From an archaeon (GTDB taxonomy: Archaea > Nanobdellota > Nanobdellia > Pacearchaeales > GW2011-AR1), in assembly GCA_043797265.1 (NCBI GenBank), contig JAZDPV010000018.1:11268-75267 (forward strand): DNA of 64,000 bases. Reading direction: 5' to 3'. Positions 8,633 to 17,771 of this stretch are shown here, one piece after another. The translations under genes and the position numbers were made by a program. The notes beneath the pieces were generated by a model that saw only the letters and a program-made list of their open reading frames with translations, searched no databases and was not told where the DNA came from. Within the stretch, counting starts at the first letter, position 1, and each line of letters starts with the position of its first letter.

Positions 8633-10111
8633 TTATCTAGGTCTAATCGGTTCAAACTCTTTGATAAATTTTAGTCCGTCTTTAAGTTTGTTTCGGCTTT
8701 CGGAATAGAGAGTCAGAACTGGTTCATGTTTTTTGATTTCGCCGACGTGATTGTGAAGGTAGACACCGGCGGATTTTGTTTCGGGAGTCCCGAGGATGCG
8801 GCAGAGCGAATTTATTTTATTGTTGTCTATCGAGATTATTTTTCCTGATTTTTTTGCCTTGATTATTTTTTTGAATTTTCCGAGTTTCAGATTTTCAATT
8901 CGTTTGTCGAAATCATTTTTTTTGTTTTGCGCGTTGATTATTTCCTTGAATTTTTCGTAGGCTTTTCCCGATGATAAAATTTCCTCGACTTTTTGTCTTG
9001 AGTTTTTTATTCCGCAGAGGCTAATTAGTTCTGATGATAATAGCAATGATTTTTCTCTTAAATCTTCTGGGGCACCTCTTTTGTTTTGCAAAACCCTTAA
9101 CACGTCGAGCAATTCAAGAACTGGACCGATTCCGTTCCCGATTGGCTGTGAGCCGTCGGTATAAATTACTTTTAGTTTTAATCTGAAAATTTTTCCAACT
9201 TTTTCGAATTTTCTGCCGAGTTTTTTTGCGTCGGTTAAATTGTTTACTTTTCCTCCCTTGCCGTATGGGATGTCAATCAAAATATATTTCGCGCCGGCTG
9301 CAATTTTTTTTGACATGATTGATGCGATGAGTTGTGGCTCGATGTCTAAGTTTAGTAATCGTTCGACTTGGATTATTTTGTCGTCGGATGGCGCGAGTCC
9401 GAGTGAGCCACCCCAAGTCAAGCACGCTCCGGTTTTGCTGACTACTTTTTTTATTTCCTTGATTGAGAGCTCGACGTTTGAGATTGTTTCGATTACGTCT
9501 GCTGTTCCTGATGCTGATGTTATCGCCCGCGATGATGTCTTGGGAAGAATCAGCCCTGCTGCTGCGCAAATAGCGACGACGATTGGGGTTGTCCGATTCC
9601 CGGATATCCCCCCGATACAATGTTTGTCGGCAACATATTTTTCTTTAAATTTTAATTTTGAGCCAGTTTTTGTCATTGCTTTTGTCAGGTTGATTGTTTC
9701 TTCCAAATCCATTCCACTTATTTTTTCGGCGGCTGTGAAAAATGCAATTTCGGCTTCGGTTAAATTATTGTGCACTATTTCTGAAATTAGAAATGTTATT
9801 TCTTGCTTGTTTAATTTTTGGCCGGAAAGTTTTTTCTTTATTAGATGTGAGGCGTCGGATAATTCGGACACGCTGACTTCGACGACTGATTTGTTTTTTA
9901 GTTTTAGTATGCTGCTTAATTCTTGGGATACTCCTAATTCGTTTTCTTTTACTAATTTTGAAAAGATGTCTGTAACGGCGTAGATCTTTTTTGAGTTTGT
10001 TATCGCGATTCTGTCGTTGACGAAGACGTTTATTTTTTTCGCGGTTCTGTCGTTCAGGATTGCTACTGGTCGGCCGGCCAGCCAATTAAAATTTTTAATT
10101 TTTAATTTCAT
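8633..10111 (-). CDS. AMP phosphorylase / thymidine phosphorylase family (archaeal long form)
   Basis: 492 aa with an N-terminal extension. HCIGGISGNRTTPIVVAICAAAG and TSSRAITSASGTAD resemble pyrimidine-nucleoside phosphorylase family motifs. Confidence 0.8.
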   Translation of the reverse strand: MKLKIKNFNWLAGRPVAILNDRTAKKINVFVNDRIAITNSKKIYAVTDIFSKLVKENELGVSQELSSILKLKNKSVVEVSVSELSDASHLIKKKLSGQKLNKQEITFLISEIVHNNLTEAEIAFFTAAEKISGMDLEETINLTKAMTKTGSKLKFKEKYVADKHCIGGISGNRTTPIVVAICAAAGLILPKTSSRAITSASGTADVIETISNVELSIKEIKKVVSKTGACLTWGGSLGLAPSDDKIIQVERLLNLDIEPQLIASIMSKKIAAGAKYILIDIPYGKGGKVNNLTDAKKLGRKFEKVGKIFRLKLKVIYTDGSQPIGNGIGPVLELLDVLRVLQNKRGAPEDLREKSLLLSSELISLCGIKNSRQKVEEILSSGKAYEKFKEIINAQNKKNDFDKRIENLKLGKFKKIIKAKKSGKIISIDNNKINSLCRILGTPETKSAGVYLHNHVGEIKKHEPVLTLYSESRNKLKDGLKFIKEFEPIRPR

Positions 10112-10114
10112 GAT

Positions 10115-11131
10115 TTATTTATTGAACAAATCTTTTAATTTTCCTTTTTGGTAGAATTCTATAATTATCAGCACGTAGGCGAGAATGAGCGGGCCGAGGA
10201 TGAGCCCGGCAATTCCGAAGAAGTATAATCCGCCTATAGTCCCGATGACGCTTAGAGCGATTGGGAGATTTGATTGTTTTGACAGAATGTATGGCCGCAA
10301 TAAGTTGTCTATCATTCCTATGAACAGGGCGCCGTATAAAAGTAGAAATATTCCTGCGAACGTTTGATTGGAAAGCAGAAGAAATATGCTCACGGGCAAC
10401 CAGACGAACCATGAACCGAGAATTGGAATTATTGAAACGAGACAGGCGACAAATGTTAAGATTATCACATTTGGGACTCCGAGAATAAATAGTCCCACTC
10501 CCAAGGCTAGACCCTGAATTATTCCGATTAGAACTTGGCCGAAAACTATTGCGTTAGTTATGCCCCTGAATTCTTTTAGGAATTTTTTTTCTGTTTCTTT
10601 AGAGAATGGGGAGAGTGTTGATAGATATTGTTTTAATTCGTTGCTGTCCCTGATTGCAAAGTAAAACGTGAAGAGGAAAACCGCGAATTGAAGAAGGAAC
10701 GACGGGAAATTGATTAGAAGATTTTTGAATTGATTTAGGAATGCCGAGAATGTTTGTCCGATTATATTGTCGATGGATTTTCCAATTGTGGCTGATAAAT
10801 CGCTTTGGGAAAATTTACTGAGGAAATTGACGAAATCGAAGCCTTGAAGTTGGACATATGTGTTGAAAGCCTGTTTGATTATTATCGGGACGAAATATAA
10901 TACCGGTATCACGATTATGATGGTTAGGCCGATCATAAGAATTAAAGCCGGGATATTTTTGCCGCCTACTTTCGATTTTATTTTTTTGTGCACTGGGTTG
11001 AAGATGTAGGCGAAGAGGAGTCCGAAAATTATTGGGATGATTATTGGTTTTAAAATGAAAAAGGCGAGGACAAATATCCCTATGATTATTACCCCGACGA
11101 TGCCACGCTTTATATCTTCGTAATCTGCCAT
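10115..11131 (-). CDS. AI-2E family transporter (PerM/UPF0118) membrane protein
   Basis: 338 aa with about 8 TM helices. The C-terminal LSVIGTIGGLYFFGIAGLILGPLILAYVL tract is typical. Confidence 0.8.
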   Translation of the reverse strand: MADYEDIKRGIVGVIIIGIFVLAFFILKPIIIPIIFGLLFAYIFNPVHKKIKSKVGGKNIPALILMIGLTIIIVIPVLYFVPIIIKQAFNTYVQLQGFDFVNFLSKFSQSDLSATIGKSIDNIIGQTFSAFLNQFKNLLINFPSFLLQFAVFLFTFYFAIRDSNELKQYLSTLSPFSKETEKKFLKEFRGITNAIVFGQVLIGIIQGLALGVGLFILGVPNVIILTFVACLVSIIPILGSWFVWLPVSIFLLLSNQTFAGIFLLLYGALFIGMIDNLLRPYILSKQSNLPIALSVIGTIGGLYFFGIAGLILGPLILAYVLIIIEFYQKGKLKDLFNK

Positions 11132-11185
11132 AATAGTATATGAATTTAGAACTTATAAAGTTTAGTAGTTAGGTAAATTTATAAA

Positions 11186-11911
11186 TTGGATTTCGTATTT
11201 TGGTTTATGAGTGTTGTGAAGAAAATTTTTGATGGTGTTTTTGACGACGAGGTGCACGGGGCTTTTTTGAAATTTGGGCGGGGTGGGTATCGAAACAAGT
11301 ATTTGCTCGAGGGGAAACGGCAGTCCAAGAACTGGGGGGTCAAAGCCGGGGCCGAGTATGTGAATTTTTTGGTGAGGCGGTGCCTGGAGAAAATTAATGG
11401 GCGCGTCGCGGTCAAGGGGGTTATTGTTTCGACTTTGGATTTGAAGAACGAGATTAGTTTTGATATTGTCAAGGTCGGTAATTTTCAGGGGATTCGGAAA
11501 AATGTGATTGATAGCGAGGTTGAAGCGTCGGAGATTTTGAAACTGATGGATAAATTTCCGAGGGTTTTTTTTGCGCTGAGTTTTGGCGGAGGAGATTTTA
11601 TTTTGAAGATTAAGGCGAAGGCGCCGAAAAATGGGAAACCGGGAAATGGCGACGATAAACCTGTTGTTGATTTTTGTTCTTTGAAGACGGGAGATAAATT
11701 GCTTGTTGATGATTTGTTTTTTGGGGCTGGAAATTTCAATGAAGTTAGTGTTAATCACACGATTGAAGTGCGCGAGATTATTTATCCCGAGAATGCCGAC
11801 GAATTGAAGCCAGAGGAAGTTCGGGAGTTGTCGAAGAGGAAGGGGATTGTTATTAGGAATGTTTTGGTTGATGGAGTTTCGAAGGAATGGAGAGCGGAGT
11901 TTGTGGCGTGA
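11186..11911 (+). CDS. Hypothetical protein (241 aa)
   Basis: Purine-rich coding strand. The opposite-strand ORF 11162-11920 is low-complexity. No family recognised. Confidence 0.45.
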   Translation: MDFVFWFMSVVKKIFDGVFDDEVHGAFLKFGRGGYRNKYLLEGKRQSKNWGVKAGAEYVNFLVRRCLEKINGRVAVKGVIVSTLDLKNEISFDIVKVGNFQGIRKNVIDSEVEASEILKLMDKFPRVFFALSFGGGDFILKIKAKAPKNGKPGNGDDKPVVDFCSLKTGDKLLVDDLFFGAGNFNEVSVNHTIEVREIIYPENADELKPEEVRELSKRKGIVIRNVLVDGVSKEWRAEFVA

Positions 11912-12153
11912 TTGAGCCAATTTAACTTGTCTGATTTTTGTAATTTTTTAATTTGTGCTTCGGCTTTGCAAGCGTCGGAGCGGTTGAGATATTGTTTTGT
12001 TGCTAATAATTTTTTGAATTTTTTTATTTTCACATATTTTGAACCTTTGCCTCCGGCGTGGGATTTCATTCGTTTGTCGATGTTGTTTGTTGTGCCGGTG
12101 TAGAAAGAGCCGTCGGTGCATTCGAGGATGTAGACGAACCAGTGAGATTTCAT
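11782..12153 (-). CDS. GIY-YIG nuclease-domain protein (UPF0213-like)
   Basis: WFVYILECTDGSFYTGTTNNIDKRMKSHAGGKGSKYVK is a GIY-YIG core. The C-terminal ~45 aa overlap the convergent gene 11186-11911. Confidence 0.7.
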   Translation of the reverse strand: MKSHWFVYILECTDGSFYTGTTNNIDKRMKSHAGGKGSKYVKIKKFKKLLATKQYLNRSDACKAEAQIKKLQKSDKLNWLNHATNSALHSFETPSTKTFLITIPFLFDNSRTSSGFNSSAFSG

Positions 12154-12800
12154 TAGTCATTTAGTCCTTTTTGTTTTGCGCAGGATGGGCAGATTAGAGC
12201 GGTGTCTTTGAGGGACATGTAATATCGGTTGCCTTCTTCGAGAATGTTGTTGAATTTTTCCCAGCCTTGCTCGATTGTCAGTTTGCCGTCGACAACTTCT
12301 TGCGGGACTCTTGACGCCTCTTCCAAAAGTTCTATTCTTTTCTTGAATATCTTGTAATGGTATAAATTTGGTTTCGTTGTTTTTGATAATTTTTTTTGAC
12401 AGAGGAAACATTTGGGTTGGGTTATCAGGAGTTCTTGCTCGCGGACCGCCCATTGAAACTGGAAGTCGGCGTCCTGAATTAAATGTTTGTAGTTGCCGAT
12501 GCCGCCGAGTCTTTTGAATTTTAAATTTATTTCTTCTTTTGCGTCTTTAATATTTGTTGTTATTTCCCCGATTTTTTTTGAGTAGCGCCAGATTATATAC
12601 TTTTTATTTTTGTCTGGCGTGATTGACGGCTTGCCAATTCTATATCCTTTTGAGCCGGTTTTTATTTTTCCTATTGTTATTTCTTTTTTGCCCTGCTTGA
12701 TTTTTTCTTTTTTTTCTTTTAATTTTCTTTTTATTGTTTTTTCTTTTTTTGAGATGTAGCCTTTTTCGCCGGGTAGAATGTCTGGAGTTTTTATTGGCAT
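12153..12800 (-). CDS. Lys-rich protein with C-terminal zinc-ribbon (CFLC...CPSC), hypothetical nucleic-acid-binding
   Basis: 215 aa with a highly basic N-terminal half and two Cys pairs. Its stop overlaps the start of the GIY-YIG gene. Confidence 0.45.
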   Translation of the reverse strand: MPIKTPDILPGEKGYISKKEKTIKRKLKEKKEKIKQGKKEITIGKIKTGSKGYRIGKPSITPDKNKKYIIWRYSKKIGEITTNIKDAKEEINLKFKRLGGIGNYKHLIQDADFQFQWAVREQELLITQPKCFLCQKKLSKTTKPNLYHYKIFKKRIELLEEASRVPQEVVDGKLTIEQGWEKFNNILEEGNRYYMSLKDTALICPSCAKQKGLND

Positions 12801-13022
12801 TTTGTGTAGAGGGATTTTGGGTTTTTAAGAGTTGGGATAGTTAGATTTATATAGGGAGATTTGTGTTTGTTTCTGGTTCGATCCAAAACTTAAATGTTTG
12901 GGTCAGGAGAATTTTGCGATTGGTTGGTCGCGATAAGCGCTTGAGTGCTATCAAGTTGGTTATCAAGTAGTTGGGCTACTGGACACCGCTCGGTGTACCC
13001 TAAAATATAAAGGGCAAATAAA

Positions 13023-13967
13023 ATGACAGACAATAATGGAATACGAAGTGGAAGTTTGCAGTTTTACCCGAGGGTGCGGGCGAAAAAAGTTTTGCCGAAT
13101 GTGAATTGGAAGCCGGTAAGGAGAGACGGTGTCGGGTTCATGGGATTTATTGGCTACAAGGTTGGGATGGTTTCTGTTTGGGCGAAAGATAACACTGCTG
13201 ATTCGTTGACGAAGGGGAAGAAGATTGTTATTCCGGCGACGATTGTCGAGTGCCCGGTGATGAGAATTTATTCTGTCCGATTTTACAGGAATGGGAAAGT
13301 TTTGAAAGATGTCGTTGTCGCGAATGGGAAGGAGTTAAAGAGGAAGGTAAAGGTAGGGAAGAAAGTTGGCGAGATTAAAGACGATGTTGAGTTTGATGAT
13401 GTGAGGGTGATTTTGTCGTCGGGAGTTGGGATGACCGGGATTGGGAAGAAGAAGGTTGACTTGATTGAGGTCGGGATTTCTGGGAGCAAGGATGAGAAGT
13501 TGGCTTTTGTAAAAGAGAGAATTGGGAAAGATATTTTAATTGGGGATGTGTTTTCTGTGGGGTTGGTCGACGTGAGGGGTGTGACAAAGGGGTATGGGAC
13601 GATGGGTCCGATGAAACGGTTTGGGATTTCTTTGAAGGCGCACAAGTCCGAGAAGGGACGGAGGCGGCCAGGTTCTTTGGCACCGTGGCATCCGGCGAGA
13701 GTTACTTTCAGAACGCCGATGATGGGGCAGACGGGTTATCATAGCAGAATTAATTATAATAATTTAATTTTGAAAGTTGGGAAGATTGGCGAGAAAGATA
13801 TTAATTTGAAGGGTGGGTTTGAACATTATGGCGTCGTGAAAAATGATTATTTGATTTTGAGAGGTTCGATTCCGGGGCCGAAGAAGCGGGGGCTTGTGAT
13901 TAGTCAGGCGATTAGACCGACGAAAATTGTGGCGAAAAAAAAGTTTGAGGTGATGGAGTTGAGATGA
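13023..13967 (+). CDS. rpl3: 50S ribosomal protein L3
   Basis: FYPRVRAKK...GYKVGMV is the archaeal L3 family. It is the first gene of the cluster, and a TATA-like TTTATATA lies at about 12848. Confidence 0.95.
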   Translation: MTDNNGIRSGSLQFYPRVRAKKVLPNVNWKPVRRDGVGFMGFIGYKVGMVSVWAKDNTADSLTKGKKIVIPATIVECPVMRIYSVRFYRNGKVLKDVVVANGKELKRKVKVGKKVGEIKDDVEFDDVRVILSSGVGMTGIGKKKVDLIEVGISGSKDEKLAFVKERIGKDILIGDVFSVGLVDVRGVTKGYGTMGPMKRFGISLKAHKSEKGRRRPGSLAPWHPARVTFRTPMMGQTGYHSRINYNNLILKVGKIGEKDINLKGGFEHYGVVKNDYLILRGSIPGPKKRGLVISQAIRPTKIVAKKKFEVMELR

Positions 13968-14788
13968 TAGCGAAATTATTTGACAAGAGTGGCGAGGTGA
14001 AGGGCGATGTTGATTTGCCGAAATGTTTTGGGGCGAGAGTCAGGAAGGATATTTTATTGAAGGTTTTTGAGGCGCAGAAGGGAATTTATTCGCAGGCGTA
14101 TGGGGCGATGGAAGGGGCAGGGGCTCAATATTCAGCGTCGGGGATTTCGAGGAAGAAGAGGCACGCGTGGAAAGGAACTTATGGGAAAGGCATTTCAAGA
14201 ATTCCGAGGAAGATTATGTCGAGGCATGGAGCGTCGTTTAATTGGATTGGGGCGACTGTTTCAAATACTCGAGGTGGGCGAAGACCTCATGCTCCGAAAT
14301 CCGAGAAAAATCCATTCAAGAAAATTAACAAGAAAGAATTGACGATTGCGTTTAGTTCGGCGTTGAGTGGGAGCGGGAAAAACATAATTATTTTTGAAAA
14401 GAGTGTTTTGGATTTGAAGTCGAAGGAATTTTTTGGTTTGTTGAAGAAGATATTTGGGGACGCTAAGATTTTGAAGGTCAAGAGGATTCGGGCCGGGATT
14501 GGGAAAATGCGTGGGCGAAAGTATAAGTCGAATGCGGGTTTGCTTTTTATTATTGGTTCCGACGAGAAAATGGCAAGGAAAGGAATTGATGTCGTTGGCG
14601 TTGGTGATTTGAGGATAAAGGATTTGGTGCCGAATGGTGAGGTTGGGCGGATGATTTGTTATTCGGAAAATGCTGTGAAAGAAATTGGTTTGAAATTTGA
14701 GGGGAAGAAAAATGGCTCACGGATGAACACAGATAGACACGAATTAAAGAAAAAGGAAACTAAGAAAAAAGCTGGGGGGAAGAGATGA
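13964..14788 (+). CDS. rpl4: 50S ribosomal protein L4 (L1e), with C-terminal extension
   Basis: L4/L1e family. The last ~25 aa ([17 protein letters not shown]...) are encoded by the recurring 40-nt motif. Confidence 0.9.
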   Translation: MIAKLFDKSGEVKGDVDLPKCFGARVRKDILLKVFEAQKGIYSQAYGAMEGAGAQYSASGISRKKRHAWKGTYGKGISRIPRKIMSRHGASFNWIGATVSNTRGGRRPHAPKSEKNPFKKINKKELTIAFSSALSGSGKNIIIFEKSVLDLKSKEFFGLLKKIFGDAKILKVKRIRAGIGKMRGRKYKSNAGLLFIIGSDEKMARKGIDVVGVGDLRIKDLVPNGEVGRMICYSENAVKEIGLKFEGKKNGSRMNTDRHELKKKETKKKAGGKR

Positions 14789-15039
14789 AGACTATTATAT
14801 TGGAGAAGGTGAAGTCGACGGAAAAAATTGTGCGACAGATTGAGGCAGAGAACGTTTTGGTTTTTGTCGTCGATAGAGCGGTGGACAAGTTGGAGATTAA
14901 AAACGAGGTTGAGAAATTGTTTGGCGTGAAAGTGGTTAAGGTTCGGACGCACACTTTAAAGAACAAGAAGATTGCTTATGTTAAATTGAAGTCGGATTAT
15001 CCCGCGGTGGATGTTGCGACGAAGTTGGGGATGATGTGA
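14785..15039 (+). CDS. rpl23: 50S ribosomal protein L23
   Basis: 84 aa, L23 family. Confidence 0.9.
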   Translation: MKTIILEKVKSTEKIVRQIEAENVLVFVVDRAVDKLEIKNEVEKLFGVKVVKVRTHTLKNKKIAYVKLKSDYPAVDVATKLGMM

Positions 15040-15177
15040 TGAAATCGGATATTTCATCTGGTGATATTTTTGTTTCGCAAAAATGGAGATATGACGCTTT
15101 GCGTCGAGGAGATAATCGCTTCGCGATTGGTGATACGACTTCATCGTGGATGAAGATTGATGGAGGTTTGAATTGAG

Positions 15178-15876
15178 ATGGGCAAAAGGATAATTCAGCA
15201 GCGACGGGGAAAGGGCGGGCATGTTTACAAGACGAGAGAGGAGGCGGGGAAATTTAGGCCGGGATATTTGTCGAACATGGACGGGGAATTTGAGTGCGTG
15301 AAATTGTCGTCGTCGGTTGGGCATTCGGTTCCGATTGCGAAGTTTATTTCGAAAGAGGGGAAGGCGTTTGAGAATTTTGCTGTGAATTTGTTGTATGTCG
15401 GGCAGAAGATTGTTTTCGGGGGGAAGAACGCCGGGGATGTTGCGCGACTTGGTGATTTGAAAAGTGGTACTGAGATTTTTAATATTGAACACAACCCGAA
15501 GGACGGCGGGAAGTTTGTCAGGACTGGCGGGAATTTTGCGACGATTATGGTTAGAGAGGGAGATGTGGTGAAGGTTATGTTGCCGTCGAAGAATGTCAAG
15601 AAATTTAATGTTGATTGCCGGGCGACTGTCGGGCGGGCGGCTGGGGACGGGCGGTTGGATAAACCGATTTTGAAAGCGGGGAAGCAGTTTTATATAATGA
15701 AGATGAAATCAAAGTTGTGGCCAAGGACTTCTCCTGTTAAGATGAACGCGATTGACCATCCGTTCGGGTCTGGACGAGGGAAAAGAATTAAGAGCAAGAT
15801 TGCGAAGAGGAATGCGCCGCCAGGAAAGAAAGTTGGGATGATTAGACCGAGAAGGACGGGGAGGAAGAAGAGATGA
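15178..15876 (+). CDS. rpl2: 50S ribosomal protein L2
   Basis: MGKRIIQQRRGKGG...GNFATIM...HPFGSGRGK, L2 family. Confidence 0.95.
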   Translation: MGKRIIQQRRGKGGHVYKTREEAGKFRPGYLSNMDGEFECVKLSSSVGHSVPIAKFISKEGKAFENFAVNLLYVGQKIVFGGKNAGDVARLGDLKSGTEIFNIEHNPKDGGKFVRTGGNFATIMVREGDVVKVMLPSKNVKKFNVDCRATVGRAAGDGRLDKPILKAGKQFYIMKMKSKLWPRTSPVKMNAIDHPFGSGRGKRIKSKIAKRNAPPGKKVGMIRPRRTGRKKR

Positions 15877-15984
15877 AATCTTTGATTTCATCAGTTCGCT
15901 TCGCTGGAAGTTGGAAGTTCGCTTCGCTGGAAGTGGGGCTTCGCCCGACCTGGATTATATTTGGCTTGGAGGGATTTAGCTAAG

Positions 15985-16377
15985 ATGGCGGAATTAATTA
16001 AGAGGAGCAAGGATAGGTTTTATCGAGGGAAGAAAGTCGCGGATTTGAAGGATGTTGATATTCGGGAATTTGCGAAATTGACGAAGGCGAGAGCGAGACG
16101 GGCGTTGTTGAGAAATTATGATATTGTCGAGGCGCTTGTGAAAAGATGGGAGAGATATAATGTGAAGAAGAAACCGATAAGGACGCATAATCGGGAAATT
16201 GTAATTGTGCCGAAGATGATTGGATGGACTATTGGAGTTTATAATGGGAAGGAATTTTTGAAAGTTGTTATTAGTGAGGAGATGTTGGGGCATCGGCTGG
16301 GAGAGTTTGCGATGACGAGGAAGGTTGCTAAACATACAAGCATTGGAGCGAAGAAGGCGCCGAAGGAAAATGGATAA
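15985..16377 (+). CDS. rps19: 30S ribosomal protein S19
   Basis: KKKPIRTHNREIVIVPKMIGWTIGVYNGKEF...GHRLGEFAMTRK. An alternative upstream start lies at 15961. Confidence 0.9.
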   Translation: MAELIKRSKDRFYRGKKVADLKDVDIREFAKLTKARARRALLRNYDIVEALVKRWERYNVKKKPIRTHNREIVIVPKMIGWTIGVYNGKEFLKVVISEEMLGHRLGEFAMTRKVAKHTSIGAKKAPKENG

Positions 16378-16882
16378 AGAAAAAACTGGCGAGATTGAAA
16401 AAGAAGTTGTTTCCGAAGAGAAGAAAGAAGAGAAGAAAGATGTGAAGAAAGAAGTCGTGAGGGGGAAAGTTGTGAAGAAAAATATGGCATTCGCGAGAGG
16501 GGCTGGGTTGAATGTTTCGCCGAAGCAATGTATTTGCATTTGCAAAGTTATTCGGGGGAAGAATCCGGATGTTGCTGTTGCGCGGCTGCAGGATGTTATC
16601 GACGGGAAAGGGGTTATCCCGATGGCTGGGCTGGAAGTCGGGCATAGAAAAGGCAAGGGGCTGGCGGGCGGGAGATTTCCGAAAAATGCGTGCAATGCTG
16701 TTATAAATATTGTGAAGCAGGTTGCGGCGAATGCTGTCGTTGCCGGAATTGAGAATCCGGTGATTGCTGTTGCCAAGGCTGATAGGGCATCGGCTCCGTT
16801 CAGGCGTGGAGGGCGAAGAGCGAAGAGATGTAATCTTTATTTAGAAGTGAGAGATAAAACTAAATTGGCGGGGAAGAAATAG
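16371..16882 (+). CDS. rpl22: 50S ribosomal protein L22 with K/E-rich N-terminal extension
   Basis: The L22 core is MAFARGAGLNVSPKQ...AVARLQDV. It is preceded by about 40 aa of EKKEEKKDVKKE. Confidence 0.9.
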
Positions 16883-17580
16883 TGGAAGAAAAAGCGTTTG
16901 TTGGAGTGCGAAGGGATGAGTATAATATTCGGGAATTTGTAAAGCGGATGTTTGGGATGGGGAAAGTTTCGCGAGTGAGGATTGAGTATACTCCGGTTGG
17001 CGAAAAGGTTGTCGTGGCGACGCATAGACCTGGTTGGATTATCGGGAAGGGCGGGGAAAAAATTAATGAGTTGACCGAAATTTTGAAGAAGCGGTTTAAG
17101 ATGGAGAACCCGCATGTTGATATCGAGGAGATTATGAAGCCCGAGTTTGATGCTCAACTGGTTGCCGACGACATTGCTTTGACGCTCGAGAGATTTGGGG
17201 CGCAAAAATATAAGGCGTCGAGTTATCGGGCTTTGGATAGAATTAAGAAAGCGGGGGCTTGGGGGGCTGAGTTGAGATTGTCAGGGAAACTGCCGAGCGA
17301 CAGGGCGCGGAGTTGGAGATTCGCGTTTGGTTATTTGAAGAAAACTGGCGACGCTGCGAGTGTTGTTGATAGGGCTGAATCTGTTGCTGTTACAAAGCAG
17401 GGCGTTGTCGGGATTAAGGTTGCGATTTTGGCTCCGGGGGTTAAGGTTTATGACCAGATTGTAATTGACGAGGATTTTATGAATCAGATTAAGAAAAACG
17501 CGACATTTGAGGAAGTTGAGGAGACGGTTAAGAAAAAGAAAAGAAGTGTGAAGAAAAAAATTAAGGAGGGTAGGAAATGA
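16882..17580 (+). CDS. rps3: 30S ribosomal protein S3
   Basis: KH-domain tract GWIIGKGGEKINELTEILKKRF, with S3 family order. Confidence 0.9.
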   Translation: MEEKAFVGVRRDEYNIREFVKRMFGMGKVSRVRIEYTPVGEKVVVATHRPGWIIGKGGEKINELTEILKKRFKMENPHVDIEEIMKPEFDAQLVADDIALTLERFGAQKYKASSYRALDRIKKAGAWGAELRLSGKLPSDRARSWRFAFGYLKKTGDAASVVDRAESVAVTKQGVVGIKVAILAPGVKVYDQIVIDEDFMNQIKKNATFEEVEETVKKKKRSVKKKIKEGRK

Positions 17581-17771
17581 TGGCGGAGAAGAAAATGACG
17601 GTTAAGGAAATAGATAAGAAGATTATGGACTTGAAGATTGAGTTGCTGCGGAATCCGACGAAAAAGGGAAAGATTAAAAGGGAAATTGCGCGGCTTCTTA
17701 CCATGGGGAACCGAGAGAACAGAGAATTAAAAATGAAGACTTTAACTAAACTGGAGGATGCGAAGAAGTAA
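17577..17771 (+). CDS. rpl29: 50S ribosomal protein L29
   Basis: 64 aa. MTVKEIDKKIMDLKIELL is L29-like. Confidence 0.85.
   Translation: MMAEKKMTVKEIDKKIMDLKIELLRNPTKKGKIKREIARLLTMGNRENRELKMKTLTKLEDAKK

Noticed and set aside
11162-11920. 252 aa minus-strand ORF covering the same span as the + strand gene 11186-11911
   Set aside because: Its translation is low-complexity (N/P/Q/L-rich, NPLPLRQLPNFL...). The coding strand composition in this genome is purine-rich, which favours the + strand ORF. It is treated as a shadow ORF.
15994-16776. Long antisense ORFs across the r-protein cluster (e.g. 15994-16776, 18683-19438, 20390-20992, 23544-24194, 25441-25860)
   Set aside because: All lie opposite well-supported conserved r-protein/SecY genes. 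They translate to repetitive P/R/N/S-rich sequence. They are typical shadow ORFs of G/A-rich coding strands.
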